A stretch of 61,529 nt of DNA, filler included, from Sphacelaria rigidula (GCA_964200075.2; 10 parts of 10 records of this genome joined end to end with filler, not necessarily neighbours in it), one strand, 5' to 3'. Positions 1 through 13,621 are shown, counted from the whole stretch's first letter. Notes: generated by a model from the sequence alone, not told the origin. A program made the numbers and translations.

Positions 1-936
1 AGCCCAGACACGTGGAATGGCGCAAAAGCTGCGTGTGTACCCCTTGGACCCGCGATCAACTTTGTTCTCCCTTTTGAACAATCAGGCCGAAGAAATCGTG
101 GATTTGGTGATTTTGAGTCGTGCTGATTCGTCCTAATCGCGAAAGATTGCGGCTCATCTCCTACGACCGCACTAGAGTATTCAGGGTAGATGGAAAGAAA
201 ACACACAAAAACTCACATCGTCCGCTTTCGACGACGAAAAAACAGATTTTGCTGTTGAGAATATTGATGCCACGGCGTAGAGCAACAACTACAGTACTCG
301 CTGATGGGTGTATAGAATGCTGTCCGCAGGGCGCCGTGTCTTTCCTATTCATGGGCGTACTATTATGATATTTGTTACTTGTCTTCCGTCTCTTGTGTTG
401 TCATGATTCTGTGACTACAGGCGATAGATTTCTAGAAAATCGCTAGTAACCCTTTTGGAACCTTTGATGGTAAAATGACGATTTACTATTGACGTTTTTT
501 GGGGAAAGATATAGTTGTTTTTCTGCAAGTGTTGATCATGCAGCCCGCCAAAACGGTGCACCACTCTAACTTCAACTATACTAATGTGACAGATTCGTGC
601 ACAGAACTCTGAGTAGCTTCTTGTCCCGGTGACGAAAACTCGCACATGGGAGTTTGTACTGTTTTTCGCGAGCTCTGCCGATGCATACGGGTGGACAAAC
701 TTCACCCATTGCGTGGTATTATTAGACATACTCAACGCGACCGCTCGGGGGCTTCATTGTTAGCGCATTCGTGACTTGTGCTTCTGGGTTCTTGAGTCTT
801 TCACAGTAATTATGGTTACCGTCGGTCTTTTTTGTTTCCATCGTTTCTTCTTTGTCGGGGCTCAAATGATGAGGCATCTGGCGCGGGGACGGAATGGGGG
901 GGTCTCAAAAGGGTTAATATCAACAACTGGAGTGTG

Positions 937-940
<4 letters not shown>

Positions 941-968
<28 letters not shown>
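941..968. repeat. (GT)n microsatellite
   Basis: Pure TG dinucleotide run. Confidence 0.9.
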
Positions 969-1020
969 ACGAGAACATCGGTTCAATATCGGTTCAACAT
1001 CGGTTCATTAACGGCCTCAC

Positions 1021-1197
1021 CTCGGTATATTTGGGCACGACCTGCGGCTGGTACTTGTTGAGTCTGATCCTCGCTTTCTCCGAGTGGATGCGGGTCACCC
1101 GCGTAGGCGCATCCACATCGAGCCACATCTTCGACTCGCTACCGTTGGCGCTTACGTAGTCCTCACGACACGCAGAACCCACGTTGCACGAGAGAGT
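1021..1197 (-). CDS. Internal coding exon of an unidentified host gene (59 aa, phase 0/0)
   Basis: Minus strand: pyrimidine-rich tract, AACAG acceptor, open frame TLSCNVGSACREDYVSANGSESKMWLDVDAPTRVTRIHSEKARIRLNKYQPQVVPKYTE, GAG|GTGAGG donor; GC3-rich codons. Confidence 0.6.
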
Positions 1198-1329
1198 CTG
1201 TTCTCCCCGCCCCAAAAAGACAACACGCGGGGAAACAGCAATGGGAAATGACAGACGAGTCGGGAAAATAATGAGACATGAAGGAACAACAGTGATGAGA
1301 CAGAACGAAATATGCCAGTGCTCAACACG

Positions 1330-1900
1330 GGAGGGAGGGGATATACTCATGGTCTTGTATGCCATAGTCATAAGACCGTTGACCTCGCATCCCTACAAAG
1401 CTGGAACGGAGCACGCCGGGTTTTCGCCGGACCAGGCTCGCACTCAATCACCAAGCGCGAGGCATCGTGGTGTGTTCGGCAAGTGAAGGAGGGGGAGGGG
1501 GGTATACAGTACTCATGATCTTTCATGCCGTAGTCATAGGGCCGTTGTCCTTGCATCCCAGTAAAGCCGGGACGGAGCGCGCCGGTTTTTCGCCGGACAA
1601 GGCTCGCAATCAATCACCAATCGCGAAGCGCCGTGATTTGGGCGGCGAGTCGCATGATGGGGTGGGATGCATTCTGCTAGTATTTCCTGGCCTTAATCGT
1701 ACTGGTTATCATCTTGCATACGGATGACAGACCATAATGAGTTGCTTCATATTCTGGTATCTCCAATTCCGGAGGTCACGGGTTACACAGTCTCATGGGT
1801 GTCCCACCATTCAAACACTGCGTAGTATGATCATCTCCTTTGCGCGAAGTTGAGGTTCCCCTCCCCGCACAATATGATCTAGCTCGACCACCATCATGGC
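1330..1900 (-). mobile_element. Two tandem copies of poly(C)-tailed non-coding retroposon family F2 (short copy ~1330-1484, longer copy ~1490-1900)
   Basis: Both end in ...GACTA(T/C)GGCAT..A.A.CATGAGTA followed by a C-rich run (G-runs on + strand); homologous to 32085-32352, 36070-36376 and 61470-61529. Confidence 0.75.
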
Positions 1901-2155
1901 TACCGCAAAACAAACGCAAGCGCAAATAAAACGGCAACCTGGTCGCCTAGCGTACGCAGTGAGTGGCACGCTTTACAGCATTGTTGCCAACCGACGCGAA
2001 CCCCATGGGGAGAAAAGGGAGGCGGGGCGCACTCATCTATTGCTCGCCTAATGGAGGGGGGGAGGGGGGGGGGGACGCCGGCACAACAAGGTGAATCGCC
2101 ACCGTGGAGAAATATGCCGACACGAGGAAAAAAGGCCTAAATTTCATCCCACTAA

Positions 2156-2334
2156 GGCCAACTCTTATGGGAGCGTTTGAAATTTCATTTTGCAACAATT
2201 TCAGAGGAGTTTTGTTTTTCTTTCTTTGTCATCATGGTGAACGGGCACAAAATACACAACTACGGCAAAGAAAACAAAAAGTCGTTTTAAATTATTGCAA
2301 AATAAAATTCTAAACGCTCCCACAAGAGTTGGCC
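2156..2334. mobile_element. PIF/Harbinger-type (Tourist-like) MITE
   Basis: TIR GGCCAACTCTT(A/G)TGGGAGCGTTT at both ends, nearly palindromic body, TAA duplicated at 2153-2155 and 2335-2337. Confidence 0.85.
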
Positions 2335-3097
2335 TAAGATCCAAGGTGTAGTAGGAATCTCAAATGCCACGTCAAAACAAACTGGGCGTCCCCTGGAATA
2401 TAAAGGGATGTCCCGTGAAACACGGCGGGGCGCAGTACTTACTTGCTGTCCCGTGAGACTCGGGACGAGATGGGAAACCTCTTACATTTGTACAGACGTG
2501 GCGTGACGGAGTCACCAATCCTACTTGAGCGGATAGGATGGGACCGAATATCCCGTCCCGTACCGCCCTTCGTCCCGTGGCAAACCCTAGCTGGCTCGGC
2601 GTCCTTTCCACCGAGACGCCGATACTAAAAGCTCTGGTCAACTTCCGCTGTAGCTTGACTGGTTCCCAGAAACGACAGCAACTTCATAAAAAAACGTCGT
2701 AAGGTGTTGATACTCACGGCCGTGACCCTGGTCTCAAAGCAGTACGATATCGTCGGTTGACAATCCAGGAGTATCCAGTGTTTTCCACGGGGGGTGGGGG
2801 GTTATAGAACGCCGGGAAAACCTCCCCAGCTTAGCCATGCGTGTTTCGACGAAATATGTAGGTGGGGCAACAGGGCCGAGTCGTGTGCTTACGCCTTGGT
2901 CTTTAAAATAGTTGACAAGAGTATTCTCGGAAATTTATGATTCTTCTCACAAAGGGTCAGCAACAGCATGGTTTCGGTTGCAATATGACACGCACGCGGC
3001 CACCCCTCCTCCAACACTGAACATATTTCCGTCAAGCAAAACTGCTGGGTAGATGAGTAGGGGCTAGCGCTGGAGCTATTACACATGAGTGGTATAG

Positions 3098-3439
3098 TGT
3101 GTTGTTGTGTTGTCTTCTCATCTATTCCGGACGTCGGTCTACATCCTTCAGTATATGTGGGCGCACCAACCGGGGTCACACAGGAGTTTTTCTTTTCTCT
3201 TTTTTTCATTAGTTCTCCACCCTCCTTCTGCCGTGCTTGCCTTTGTTCTTTAACGCGTGAAGGGTTCAGCAGTCCCTTTCCCTCGTCGACCGTCACGTCG
3301 AATTTCATGTACCCACGACATAGGCGCTCTCCACTGTTGGGCATTGTGTGAGAAAAATTCCCAGATCGCTTCGAGATTCGAACCCACAACCCAACCGTCA
3401 GAAGGTTTCGAGGTTACCAACTGAGCCACCGGGGCGACC
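3098..3439 (-). mobile_element. tRNA-derived SINE, family A (CA/CAA-repeat tail)
   Basis: Head GGTCGCCCCGGTGGCTCAGTTGG (A box) ... GGGTTCGAATC (B box); body and tail homologous to 52071-52450. Confidence 0.85.
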
Positions 3440-5404
3440 GGTTCAGCGCGTGTTTTTTCAGAGCTCGGTAGGTGTTGCGTTGCTTCGTTGCGTCTTTTAT
3501 GTGGCAGTATAGAGATGTTGGAACAACGACCACTTCCAGAACCGCCGCATTTTTAAACCTCTGGGCTCTGGGCAGATCTGGGCTTCGATATGCACAAAAC
3601 ATGTCGTTGTGAAGCCAATCTCATAAAAAGGCTTTTGCTTTTTATGCGCGCATATAATCGGGCATAACACGGGGTTTTGCGCATTACCTCATGCGTTTTT
3701 TTTCATTGTATGTTTTTGGAGATTCGGCGTAACAAAGGCATAAAAAGCTACGTTTTACGCATAACTTGGCGCATTTAGTACTCCAACGAGATCATGCCTC
3801 CCCTGCCCAGCAGCTAGCAGCAGCTGCCCACGGGTGCTCCATGAGGCGTGGCTCGTGGAGTCGTGGCGTTTGTGTCCGTAGTTTATTTTTTTGGAGTCTG
3901 TTGCGGGTTATTGTGCTGTGTGTAAACTACTTCAAGTTTATGTGAAGCTGATGAAAAAATAAACGTATGTGTCATATTTCACATCAGACGGCGGCTTCCG
4001 CCTCAACGTCACACACCAAACAGTCCTGTCTACGATTGTCTGTATAAGCTTTTGCTTTTCATACGCGCATATAGAGGGCACTAAGTAATGGGATAGAGTC
4101 AGCTCTACTGCCGAAATACAACCGGGACCGCAAGGAGAAGAATGCCACCGTCGGCTGTGGATGATGCGGGGGTAGTTTGCTGGGCCGGAGGCTAGAGTGG
4201 AATGCGGTATCATATTAAGCATGGTGGCGTGCCACCCAGCACGTACGTGTATGATAGATGCCTGAAATACGATGTCTGGTTGACGTATACAAGAGCTAAA
4301 ATGTGATTTGCAAGGGTAAAGTCGCGGAGAGAAAGGCCCATTATTATCCGCAATGTTTTTTGGGAGATCTCCGAGATTGTCGGGACTGGCGAGGCACGTG
4401 ATGATTCTCAAATGCTTGCGAGCGCCACGGCGTTTTTTTCAGGACAGCTCTCCGAGTGCTGCGTTGCGATCCGAATTTTGGGACTTCTCCAAAAATGAAG
4501 CTTGGGAGAAAACATCAAGCCGCTTCTTCTCGGAGAAGGCTAAATGCAGAGTCCGAAAACTCTGAAAAAACCTGAAATTTCTGAAGAAGAAGTGTCGATA
4601 ACAATGGGCCGAACAAGTAGCACTCTAAAGAAGCCTGCAGTAGTGTTAACCACTTGGTAGAATATCAAGTAATAAAATTCCAGGAAGGTTCTAATCGACC
4701 AACTGGTGAACAGTTCGATTTCGATGAAAACGCGTCCTGCGCACGCGAGGGGCAGTTGGGGCTGTCAGCCGCACCAAAGGTCCGAATATCGGTGTTTACA
4801 CTTAAATTAAGTAATAAATCTCCGAGAAGGTTCTAATCGATCAAGTGCTAAACACGACTGATGAAACAAGCGAGCCTTTCTTCCAAGCAATCGGGAAATC
4901 TCAACATGTTCCCTGTGTCGTCTTGCTTTCATGCTGGCAGGTACGTTCCATGGGGACTGCCGCCAGGAACCGGCACAACAAGGGCGCGAAAAAGGCACAT
5001 AAGTCACACATAATCCACCAAAATATGCATGAATCGGCGCATGATTTTCCCCTCTGAGCATGAAAAAAAATTAAATGCGACGCATGAAAAAACAAAATCC
5101 TACTGATGAGGCAATTTTCACCTTGAAAGATTTTCAGAAAAACGGCTACGAGTAATCGTCTCCTATAAGAACCCGCCTCAGTAGAGGTACAGTACCTCAA
5201 GCTCAGATTGGTGAAATACCTCGGAATGAAAACCTCAGGTGATCCCAGCGATATGGTCAGACTACCCCCCGACGAAACACTAGGACAGATGATTTGACCA
5301 TCGTTGATCAGGCCTTCAGGATACTTATTTGGCGTATATTATCCTCCACCTGAGTTTGCCTCATTAGCGTCCAACTTGGACCGAGCTTTCAAGGAGTTAA
5401 CCTT

Positions 5405-5634
5405 TCAAGGGTAGATCGAGTGGAGTATGTACTTTTGAGTACTCGAGTAAAATACTCAAGTATTTACTCCACTCGGCGTTTGAGTAGGCCGAGTACGGCC
5501 TCAAATACTCTACTCAAATATTGAGTCAACACTCTCAAGAATACTTGAGTACAGAGTATCAATTGAGTATGACCTCAACATTCTACTCAAATTTTGAGTA
5601 GGTCGAGTACGGCCTCAAATACTATACTCAAATA
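5405..5634. repeat. GAGTA/TACTC motif-rich tract, probably a DNA-transposon subterminal region, cut at TTAA 5635 by a piggyBac-like end (TTAA-CCCTTTTGGG)
   Basis: Dense GAGTA/TACTC motifs in both orientations; internal duplication TTTGAGTAGG.CGAGTACGGCCTCAAATACT.TACTCAAATATT. Confidence 0.5.
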
Positions 5635-6064
5635 TTAACCCTTTTGGGACTGGGCTTCCAGAACAACCAACGAGGCTGGTTAGGAATGACGTGTCCTGCA
5701 TATGCATGAAACAGTAACTTCATGTTGCTATCAACGTATGTATGTAACGGCAGGGTTAGATGAAGACCGAAAGTTTCATGCAATCTATTTTCAGGTACAA
5801 ACTGTCTGTACTATAATTCGGTAGGATTTTGCTTCTTATGCGTTTTTTCCCAGAAAATATATGCGCCTTGTTCAAAAGGAGGTCATTTCGAAGTGGAAAC
5901 CACGCCGAGGCGTTACAATTACTTGATTATAGTGTGCAAGACCGAAAACAAAAACGCATAATTTACGCGAATTGTGAGAAAGCGTAAGAAGCAAAAGCCT
6001 ACATTTCGGGTGTCGTGCGCATCAGGCAATGTACAGATGTATCAAGCAGTATCAGTCGCGGGGG

Positions 6065-6164
6065 NNNNNNNNNNNNNNNNNNNNNNNNNNNNNNNNNNNN
6101 NNNNNNNNTTAATTAATTAANNNNNNNNNNNNNNNNNNNNNNNNNNNNNNNNNNNNNNNNNNNN
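6065..6164. other. Artificial contig spacer (44N-TTAATTAATTAA-44N); identical spacers at 12229-12328, 18392-18491, 24555-24654, 30718-30817, 36881-36980, 43044-43143, 49206-49305, 55368-55467
   Basis: Identical 100-bp spacers with a six-frame stop linker; intervening contigs measure 6064,6064,6063,6063,6063,6063,6063,6062,6062,6062 bp. Confidence 0.97.
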
Positions 6165-7827
6165 ATGGGACGACAACACACACAACACACTGTATGCATT
6201 ACGCTTCCAACATCGTGTTCGTACTGACTGTAGAAATCTTTTGTCCACGGCTGGAAACATTCCCATATATAATGCAGGGTCTGGTACCATCTCGACTTCC
6301 AATGTGACGGAGAGTCTGGTATATTTCCACCTGTACAGGTACATGTGTGTAATAATATTACTCGGTGATATCGAGAAAAAATCCACAACATCTGGGCGAA
6401 CTGTAGGTGAGGCGCAATCGCCGAAATATTCACCTGCAAACTCTGCTCCAGTGCACTGTAAGTTGACATCGCTAGAGGGACACTACCATAACCACCTTGC
6501 CGGCTGCCAGACTGTCACAGGCTCTCAGGACGTAGGATCCGCTAGCATTGCTACTGTCTGTACGGGGGTGTTGCCGCCTTTTCAGGTACCTTTTGGAGCA
6601 TGATACTAGATGAAGATCATCCTTCCTTGTACATGGCCACCGAACGCTGGGCTTCTCACTCAAGACTTCGATTTGGAGGATGATACCAGGTAGGCAGCGG
6701 TAACTGCTGTGTGTCCAGGTGCCCCTTGGAGCAGGATGCGTTTGGTGCCCGTATGACGAAGTTATCCCCAGAAAAACGAAACCGATAAGGGCTTAAGACT
6801 GGAAAAATCTAGCAAAAAACACCCATCGCAAGGATCGGATCGCAAGAATCAGGACGCAAGAATCCCGACGCAAAAACGTAGTCGCAAAAACCTCTTAATC
6901 GATTTTTTATCCGCAGCAGAAACCAACTTCACTTTGTGAAATTGGAATATCTATGTCAGGGTTGTGTCATGGTCGGTTAAAAAGGATGGTAAGCGTCGTA
7001 ATTTCTAGCTATGTCCGGGCCGTTTTCTGTTGGCGAAGAAAATAAGTACGAGCAGAAACAGAAAAAAAATAATGGAGAGAAGAGGGACAAGGGAAAGGAT
7101 GAGAAAAAAACAAGAAAGGAAAAAACAAGAAAGGAAAAAACAGAATGAGGAAAAGGAAGGAATACAATTTCGAAATACTTGAAAAAATGTCTGAAAAACT
7201 AGAGAAAAAGAGCTCAGCTTCGCTATTCAACGTCGATATCCAGTTTACGTTTTACTTTGGCAAAAAAAACGTTCTTTGGGTTGCTGCATGTTTAGTGTGT
7301 CTGCTGGTCTCGGAGAATTCGTTGGTCCAGTGGCAGTCTCTGGTGTGCGCATGGTGACAGTCTGTACATTCATAGATCGCTCTGCTTCGCATCGCGCTTC
7401 CAATTTTCCTATCCTTTTTAACATTGGAATAATGGAACAGTCATGCTACGATAGGCGGGGGGGGTGTTTGATTCCACGGAATAATGAACTCATTGATGCT
7501 TCAGACAACCCGACACACTCGCGATGCGCAAGTACTTTTGTAAAAGCGGTGTCAAGCGGTATGAATGAGCGTTATATACCGGAAGCAAGCGCGTTTGAAC
7601 AACCGCTGCTGCTATACCATACACTGCTGCACTACCATTTAGAGTAGAATTCTGTGGAAGAAAACTGGCCAAAATACCTTCCCCCCCTATCGTAGCATGA
7701 CTCAGAAAAGGGACAGATGAGATAGACGCCTTCAGTGAAGAGCGATTGGACTCGCCTTCTTTGGCGGCATCTGAGCCGCCGGTGTGAAAGAGAGAGAGAG
7801 TGCTAGAGCTGTCAGGACCCTTTTTAA

Positions 7828-7929
7828 CCCTTGGACCGCGAAGCGGATAGTTCATCTGGATCACGCATTCTTTTTTCAAGTGAACATTGATGCCGATTCA
7901 GCAGGTCACCCCCTGTCGCGGTCTAGGGG
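7828..7929. mobile_element. piggyBac-type MITE (~100 bp); related copies at 12129-12228, 50731-50818, 54056-54156
   Basis: TTAA|CCCTTGGACCGCG ... CGCGGTCTAGGGG|TTAA; shared core GGTCACCTGCTGAATCGGCATCAA in the other copies. Confidence 0.8.
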
Positions 7930-8051
7930 TTAACGAAGGGAATTCTCCTTTTTTACAATCCACTTTGACAGGGGATTGACCCCATAACGACCAGTCCCCA
8001 GTCCTATCGACAAGTAGTTTTGTACAGATTCGAACCCAGATCTGCACGCAG

Positions 8052-11000
8052 CAGTGTTGAAAATCGGGTATCGATACTCGATACGATTTCGACGATATCG
8101 GTCAATACGGCGTATCGGTATCGCCGCTTCCCAAGCTGATATTTGTCGATTTTGATATGGTCGATATATTTATTTGTTTATTTTACCGGGGGGTTGTGGA
8201 CAGCACATCGTGCCACCGCTCATCACCCCACTGCCCACCACCCCGCCACACACCACACACCACACAGCCACTCTCTGCGAACCACACCGCTCTGCAACAT
8301 GAGCCGCCTTCAAACGTTCGGCTTTGTGAAAGGCAGTAGCACAGAGTTTTGCAGTCGACGTTTCTGTCGAACCGTCTGTATCCGTGTCTGCTACGGTCGA
8401 CGTTTCTGTCGAACCATTTGTATCTGTGTCTGCTGCGGCTACTGCTGCTGCACCAGTGGCCGCCCCAGTACCCTCAACCAAGAGTGGCGAGAGCGGGCAA
8501 GCAGAGCTACCCACGAAGGTAGCGGATCCTTCAGACTTCCCATACAACCCATCCCTGCGAGCATTCTTGTCGGCGGGAGTGTTTCGCGTGTGAGGGTAGA
8601 CGATCATCTCATCTCATCATAATATCCAGTTTTTCCTACAAGCTTTAAAATGTCATTGATTGGCGTTTAGGTGTCTGGAGAGTATACTTCGTTGTGTAGC
8701 CGACAGTGAAAAAGTTGGACCTCTGCTGCCGACTTATCCCTTGTTTGGTATGGAGAACAGGAAAAGCGAGCGCGTATTTGCGTTCATCATGTTTGGCCCA
8801 GTTTCGACGTTTGGCGCGTTTGTTATTGAATAATGAGTGCGTTCGCAGTGCGCAGTGCGCAGTGCGCAGAGCCGAGGTAAATGCTCAAATTGATAGAAAC
8901 ATGACGGAATAGTCGGCGCGGAATATACTTCGGTATATCACCGGCTTGAACAACACACCATCTATGATGCATCACACCTCGAGTTGTGATCAACCACTTC
9001 TTTCGCGACTTGCCCCTCGCACGATGCATCATTTTTTTCAAACCGAAGCATCACGCCGCGTGTTGTGCCGCCACTTGTATGATGCCAGATAACAAATAAT
9101 GACAAATGACACACTGGTGCTGCTGTACCTTCATACAATCAGGCGTGCACCCACTCCGGGTTAGGTTGCTATTATACTGTCAGTGCAGTACCGAGAGGTC
9201 TTGCAAGCTGTGTCTCTACCAAAATAGCCGTATCAGATCATATAGAGTGCAAGGTTCCCCTTCGGGAGCTTGATACTGGCCTCCCGGGGGTGACGCAAGT
9301 CGAAAATATACCAGTGTTATTCCTTTTTCATATTATGGAGCCAATTGTGTCGGAGAATATGTACCTCCCAGTAGATACTCGTACTGTCACATTTCGTAGT
9401 TTCGAATGTCTCGGACCAAGAGTGGCGGGAAGAGCGGTGGACACTTTCAGCATGAAGAGCTCGCTTCACGGGCGGTGTGCGGAGGTGGAAAAGACACCAT
9501 CACCCACGAGACCCGTCACAGCACACATCGCAAGAGATTGCTACTGAAATAAGGTCGCGTCCCGGTGGTACGCGGCGAACTCGTGCAGGGTTCTCAAAAT
9601 GCCGGCCCGACCCCGCGCGCACGGATTTTAGATCACACTTGTATACAGTATACAGTATATGTATGATATTGCTTTCTGTCTGTGTGTACGTGGTGTATCA
9701 CCCCTCGCTCTGCCACATCTAGTACACCGGTCGGTGTTGCAGCAAGAGTAACAGGCCGCCTCTGCCGCTATCATTCCTGCCTGTATCTTGAGCGGATGGT
9801 AACACAGCCGCTATGACGCGCAAGCCGGTTGTAACAATTCAAACCGCGTGGAGATTTCTTCAGTCTTGAAGTAATACTGCGCGCAGTTGCCACTTTTGTA
9901 CGAGTATTGTGCACAGTACATGTTTTTAAGGTGTATACTGACTGTAGAAAGCTCTTGTCTAGGGTGTAATACATTTCCATACATATCAGGCGGTGAGATC
10001 GTGAAATAATTAAATATTCCACAGCACATGGCCGAAGTGGAAGTGAGGTAATCACCGCAATATTCGCGTGCAAAACCTGTGCGACCGTATTCTAAGTTGT
10101 TAACGCTAGAAGAACACCAGTGCAACGGCCATCCTGGCTGCCAGCCTGTGCACGGCCGTCCCGGTAGTGTTGGGACTGTCTGTGCCGGGATGTCGCCCCC
10201 AGTGCCAGGTACGCCGGCCAAGGTTCGCAGCACTACCCACTGGTCGCGCGACATGAGCTCAATCTTCGCCTGTCGAGATTTTTGAAGCGGAAATGTTCAG
10301 CTCCCAACCCTCACATATATAGCGGACCATAAACGATGCTTATTTGCTGGGTTTCTTCGAGCGTGCGTCCATAACTGGGCGAATATTGATGATGAGGCCG
10401 GCAGGATCCGTCGCAGCCTGCGTGATCACCTATCATTGCACCCACTCTATTCAGCCGTCATCAGACAGCAGGGTGTTGAATAAACAAAATGACACGCACC
10501 GTGGGTATCCACCGTATCAATGCACACCGGGCCATCAGCGACTTCCCCTGCTGCAGCTGTGACTGTGACCCCTTTCTCTAATACCAATCTACATATTCTT
10601 CAGTGTTCTTCACGATGCTTTTTTTGTGGACTGTTACGTTCGCATAATTGGGGCACATATTACGCAGATATGACCATGTTAGAGGCTTCACGTCAAAACT
10701 AAATGATAAGGGATCTCAGATCACTCGACTCGTGTTTGCTGCTGAATAAGTAAAGGCAATGTCCAGCTGTTTTAACTGCTCTGCTCTCATGTTCTCGTGA
10801 CATTCGCTGCATAACCACTGTCTTCGTGTTCCCAAATAATCGAGAATACAAACAAAATCACGGTGGAAAAAACCCCGCCATGAGCGGGGTTTTGTGGCCC
10901 TTGTTTGAAGTTCTCCACGATCTTGGAAAGGCTTTTAACACGGAATCTTACAAGTTGGAGATGAATCTTTTATTGGGGATGAGAAACCCGGAGAATTAAA

Positions 11001-11729
11001 ATCTTCGTATCCACACCAAATCTTCGAAATATGGTGCCATTTCATCACCTACCGATAGCTATTGACAACTGCTATACGCCATAGAAATGTGGATTTCGAT
11101 CACCAAATTGTTGGGGTCCCAGATGAAAAACCAATTTCGGAACGATTTTGACGTCCGTTCGGACACCCGGAATTCCCCAAAATTAGTTCTTCACCTAGGA
11201 CCCCAACATTTCGGCATTGAGATCCAAATTTGTATGGCGTGTAGCAGTTGTCAATAGCTATCAACAAGTAAAGAAATGGAACCATATTGCAAAGATTTGG
11301 TGTGGATACGAATATTTTAATTCTCCGGGTTTCTTATCCCCAATAAAAGATCCATTCCCAATTTGTAAGATCCCGTGTTTTTTGTGGTTCGGGATCGACA
11401 CCCCGCGGAAAAGAGCCAGTGTGGGCGACTTCCGATGGCAAGAACACGTGCAACACGTATCAGATGACACCCAAACCTGAACTGTAATGTACCGCTGACC
11501 CTCCCTCGTGCACTGCAAAAGAAAGCACGGGCTAAGATGCCTTGCAACCAGAGAACACGTGGCGAAAGTGGTGAAAAATACGAAGTGACACATATACACA
11601 TCAGCATCGAGTATCGATACGTATTGGGTCCTCTTCCGCGTTTAAAAAAATATATCGGTATCGACGTCTTGAGGTCGATACGTTGAGAATATCGTATCGA
11701 ACTTATTTTCCGTTCGAAATTCAACACTG
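8052..11729 (+). mobile_element. Non-autonomous hAT element (3.7 kb)
   Basis: TIR CAGTGTTGAA / TTCAACACTG; perfect 8-bp TSD GCACGCAG (8044-8051, 11730-11737); ATCGATAC-rich subterminal repeats at both ends; decayed Ala/Ser/Pro-rich N-terminal frame from ATG 8299 and weak BED-finger-like remnants (GVWRVYFVV*PTVKKLDLCC). Confidence 0.9.
10939..11377. mobile_element. Foldback/hairpin MITE nested in the hAT element
   Basis: ~200-bp imperfect inverted arms, termini CACGGAATCTTACAA / TTGTAAGATCCCGTG; no clear TSD. Confidence 0.8.
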
Positions 11730-12328
11730 GCACGCAGGTTGAGAAATGCGGCGGGTTTGAAAGTGGTCGTTGGTCCAGGCAGGTTCAAGATCTGTACACT
11801 GCTGCAGACAAGACACAACCAGGCAACACAACACCTACACACACAGCCCCCAAAACACGCTCAGACACCCACCACTCACGCGCATTAGTTTCAGTGCTAG
11901 CCCCTGCTGATCTACACACGGCAGTCTTTGACAGAAATCCGTTGTGTATTGGACGAATGCCGGCTGCAGGCGTTTCAAGAACAACCGAAAACGTAACAGC
12001 CGATTTTAAATTTTGGGGTTCAACACTAAAATGGAGCTGAAGTCGCATTTCTCTATTGCAGGGAAGATACGAAAGAGTAACACAGAGCGAAAGTATCTTC
12101 CTCCCCAAACCTCCGGAGAAGAAGTTAACCGTTAGACCGCGAGAGTAGGTCACCTGCTGAATCGGCATCAATATTCACTTGGAAAAAGTACACGTGGTCT
12201 AGATGGACTACCAACACCGCGGTCCAAGNNNNNNNNNNNNNNNNNNNNNNNNNNNNNNNNNNNNNNNNNNNNTTAATTAATTAANNNNNNNNNNNNNNNN
12301 NNNNNNNNNNNNNNNNNNNNNNNNNNNN

Positions 12329-12550
12329 CAATTCGTTTCCGGTGATGAGATAGTGCTCTACCAGGTAAAATCCGTTTCTGGGCTGGCCCAGCTCGTACAT
12401 AAAAGGCAAGCACCGCAGAAGGAAGGTGGAGTATTAAAAAATAAAAAATAAATGACTCAATGTTGGCCTTCCTCCGCTTTGACCCCGGCTGATGCGCCCG
12501 CATATACCAAAATACTTAAACCGGCTCCCAGAATAGGTAGGACACCACAT
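12329..12550 (+). mobile_element. End of a mariner-type MITE (TGGCCCAGCTCG|TA) abutting a partial SINE family A body
   Basis: Same TIR as 32355-33568; 12399-12550 aligns with 52262-52430. Confidence 0.65.
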
Positions 12551-13549
12551 GACGACAGTACACCACGGCTGTGAGTCCACGTGCACGGCACCAATTCGAA
12601 AAGTGTCGTACATTTGTGTAATGCTCTAGTACTGATAAACTTTTTCACGACCTCTGATTCTTGCGTACGACTACTCTTGCACTGAAGATCCAAAACTCTT
12701 CGTATTTTCTTCAACGTCTTGTTCTCGAGACCTTGTTCCGAAGATGCGGAGGAACCCCGACAGAGACCCTAAAGCTGTTGTGTGACTAAGCACCCTCGCG
12801 TACTTCGCTCCCAACCAAAGCACGCTGTTGAATACCTTGTAGTCCAAATCACCCTCACTAATCATGCCAAGTTGTCGGTATCTCCCACCCGTGAAGAGAT
12901 TTGCTCTTCTTGACGAATATTGAATATTCCCAACAGTGGACCTCCGGTCGATCTGTGTAACATACTCTCGGCGGTCCAATGCATCAGTCAGTGGTGTATC
13001 GTGAATTTGTGGCGCAATATCATCTACTTGTAAACACGAAATACATAATATAAGGCTGTGCCTCATACGGAACCGAAAAACGAAGCGAGAAAAGGCACTC
13101 CAAAGCAGCATGTTGATGAGTCGCCGCAACCATAGACCCGCCCGGCGATCAATCAACATGCTGCTTCTGGGCGCTTGTTCCCTTCTTCCTCTCCCTTCTT
13201 TGATCTGGACAAGACGCATCTCAACACCCTACTCGTGAAGAGAGCAGGTAGGCAATAATAATACTCCACAGACTTCACCGTGAAAAACGTGAGGTAGGTT
13301 GACGCGTGCGTTGGTGAAATCAATGTAGCCCACTACCTACGGCGCCGACATGAGCAAAAAACGTGAGATGAGGATGAGGTACGTACGTTCAAAGGAGTTG
13401 GCGTCACCGACTCGCGAAACTCTTGGCAAGCACCCCTGACGGACGAGCTGCGTACCACTTCCCCACTTCGTACTATCTGACCCCGTAAACATTCGAATCT
13501 TCCATGACACAGACTATAAATCCCATTTATGGTGAAATTTAATATGAAG

Positions 13550-13550
<1 letters not shown>

Positions 13551-13621
<71 letters not shown>
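13551..13621. repeat. (CAA)n microsatellite, ~23 units
   Basis: Pure CAA run. Confidence 0.95.

Noticed and set aside
1790..1900. 5S rRNA origin for the 5' part of family F2
   Set aside because: Only a vague C-box-like stretch (AGTGTTTGAATGGTGGGACACC); too weak to call without a covariance search.
3459..5390. Another hAT element starting CAGAGCTCGG
   Set aside because: The candidate right end (CCGAGCTTTC) is mismatched and no 8-bp TSD was found.
5405..5634. CRISPR-like or iteron array (also 6826-6895 and 29560-29890)
   Set aside because: No constant repeat with unique equal-length spacers, no cas genes, eukaryotic TE context.
10869..10893. Rho-independent terminator-like hairpin AAAACCCCGC-CATGA-GCGGGGTTTT
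   Set aside because: Lies inside a eukaryotic hAT element with no upstream bacterial-type gene.
12560..12630. Tyrosine-recombinase N-terminal-like peptide HYTNVRHFSNWCRARGL on the minus strand
   Set aside because: Short, in a stop-ridden frame, with no downstream catalytic R-H-R-Y motifs.
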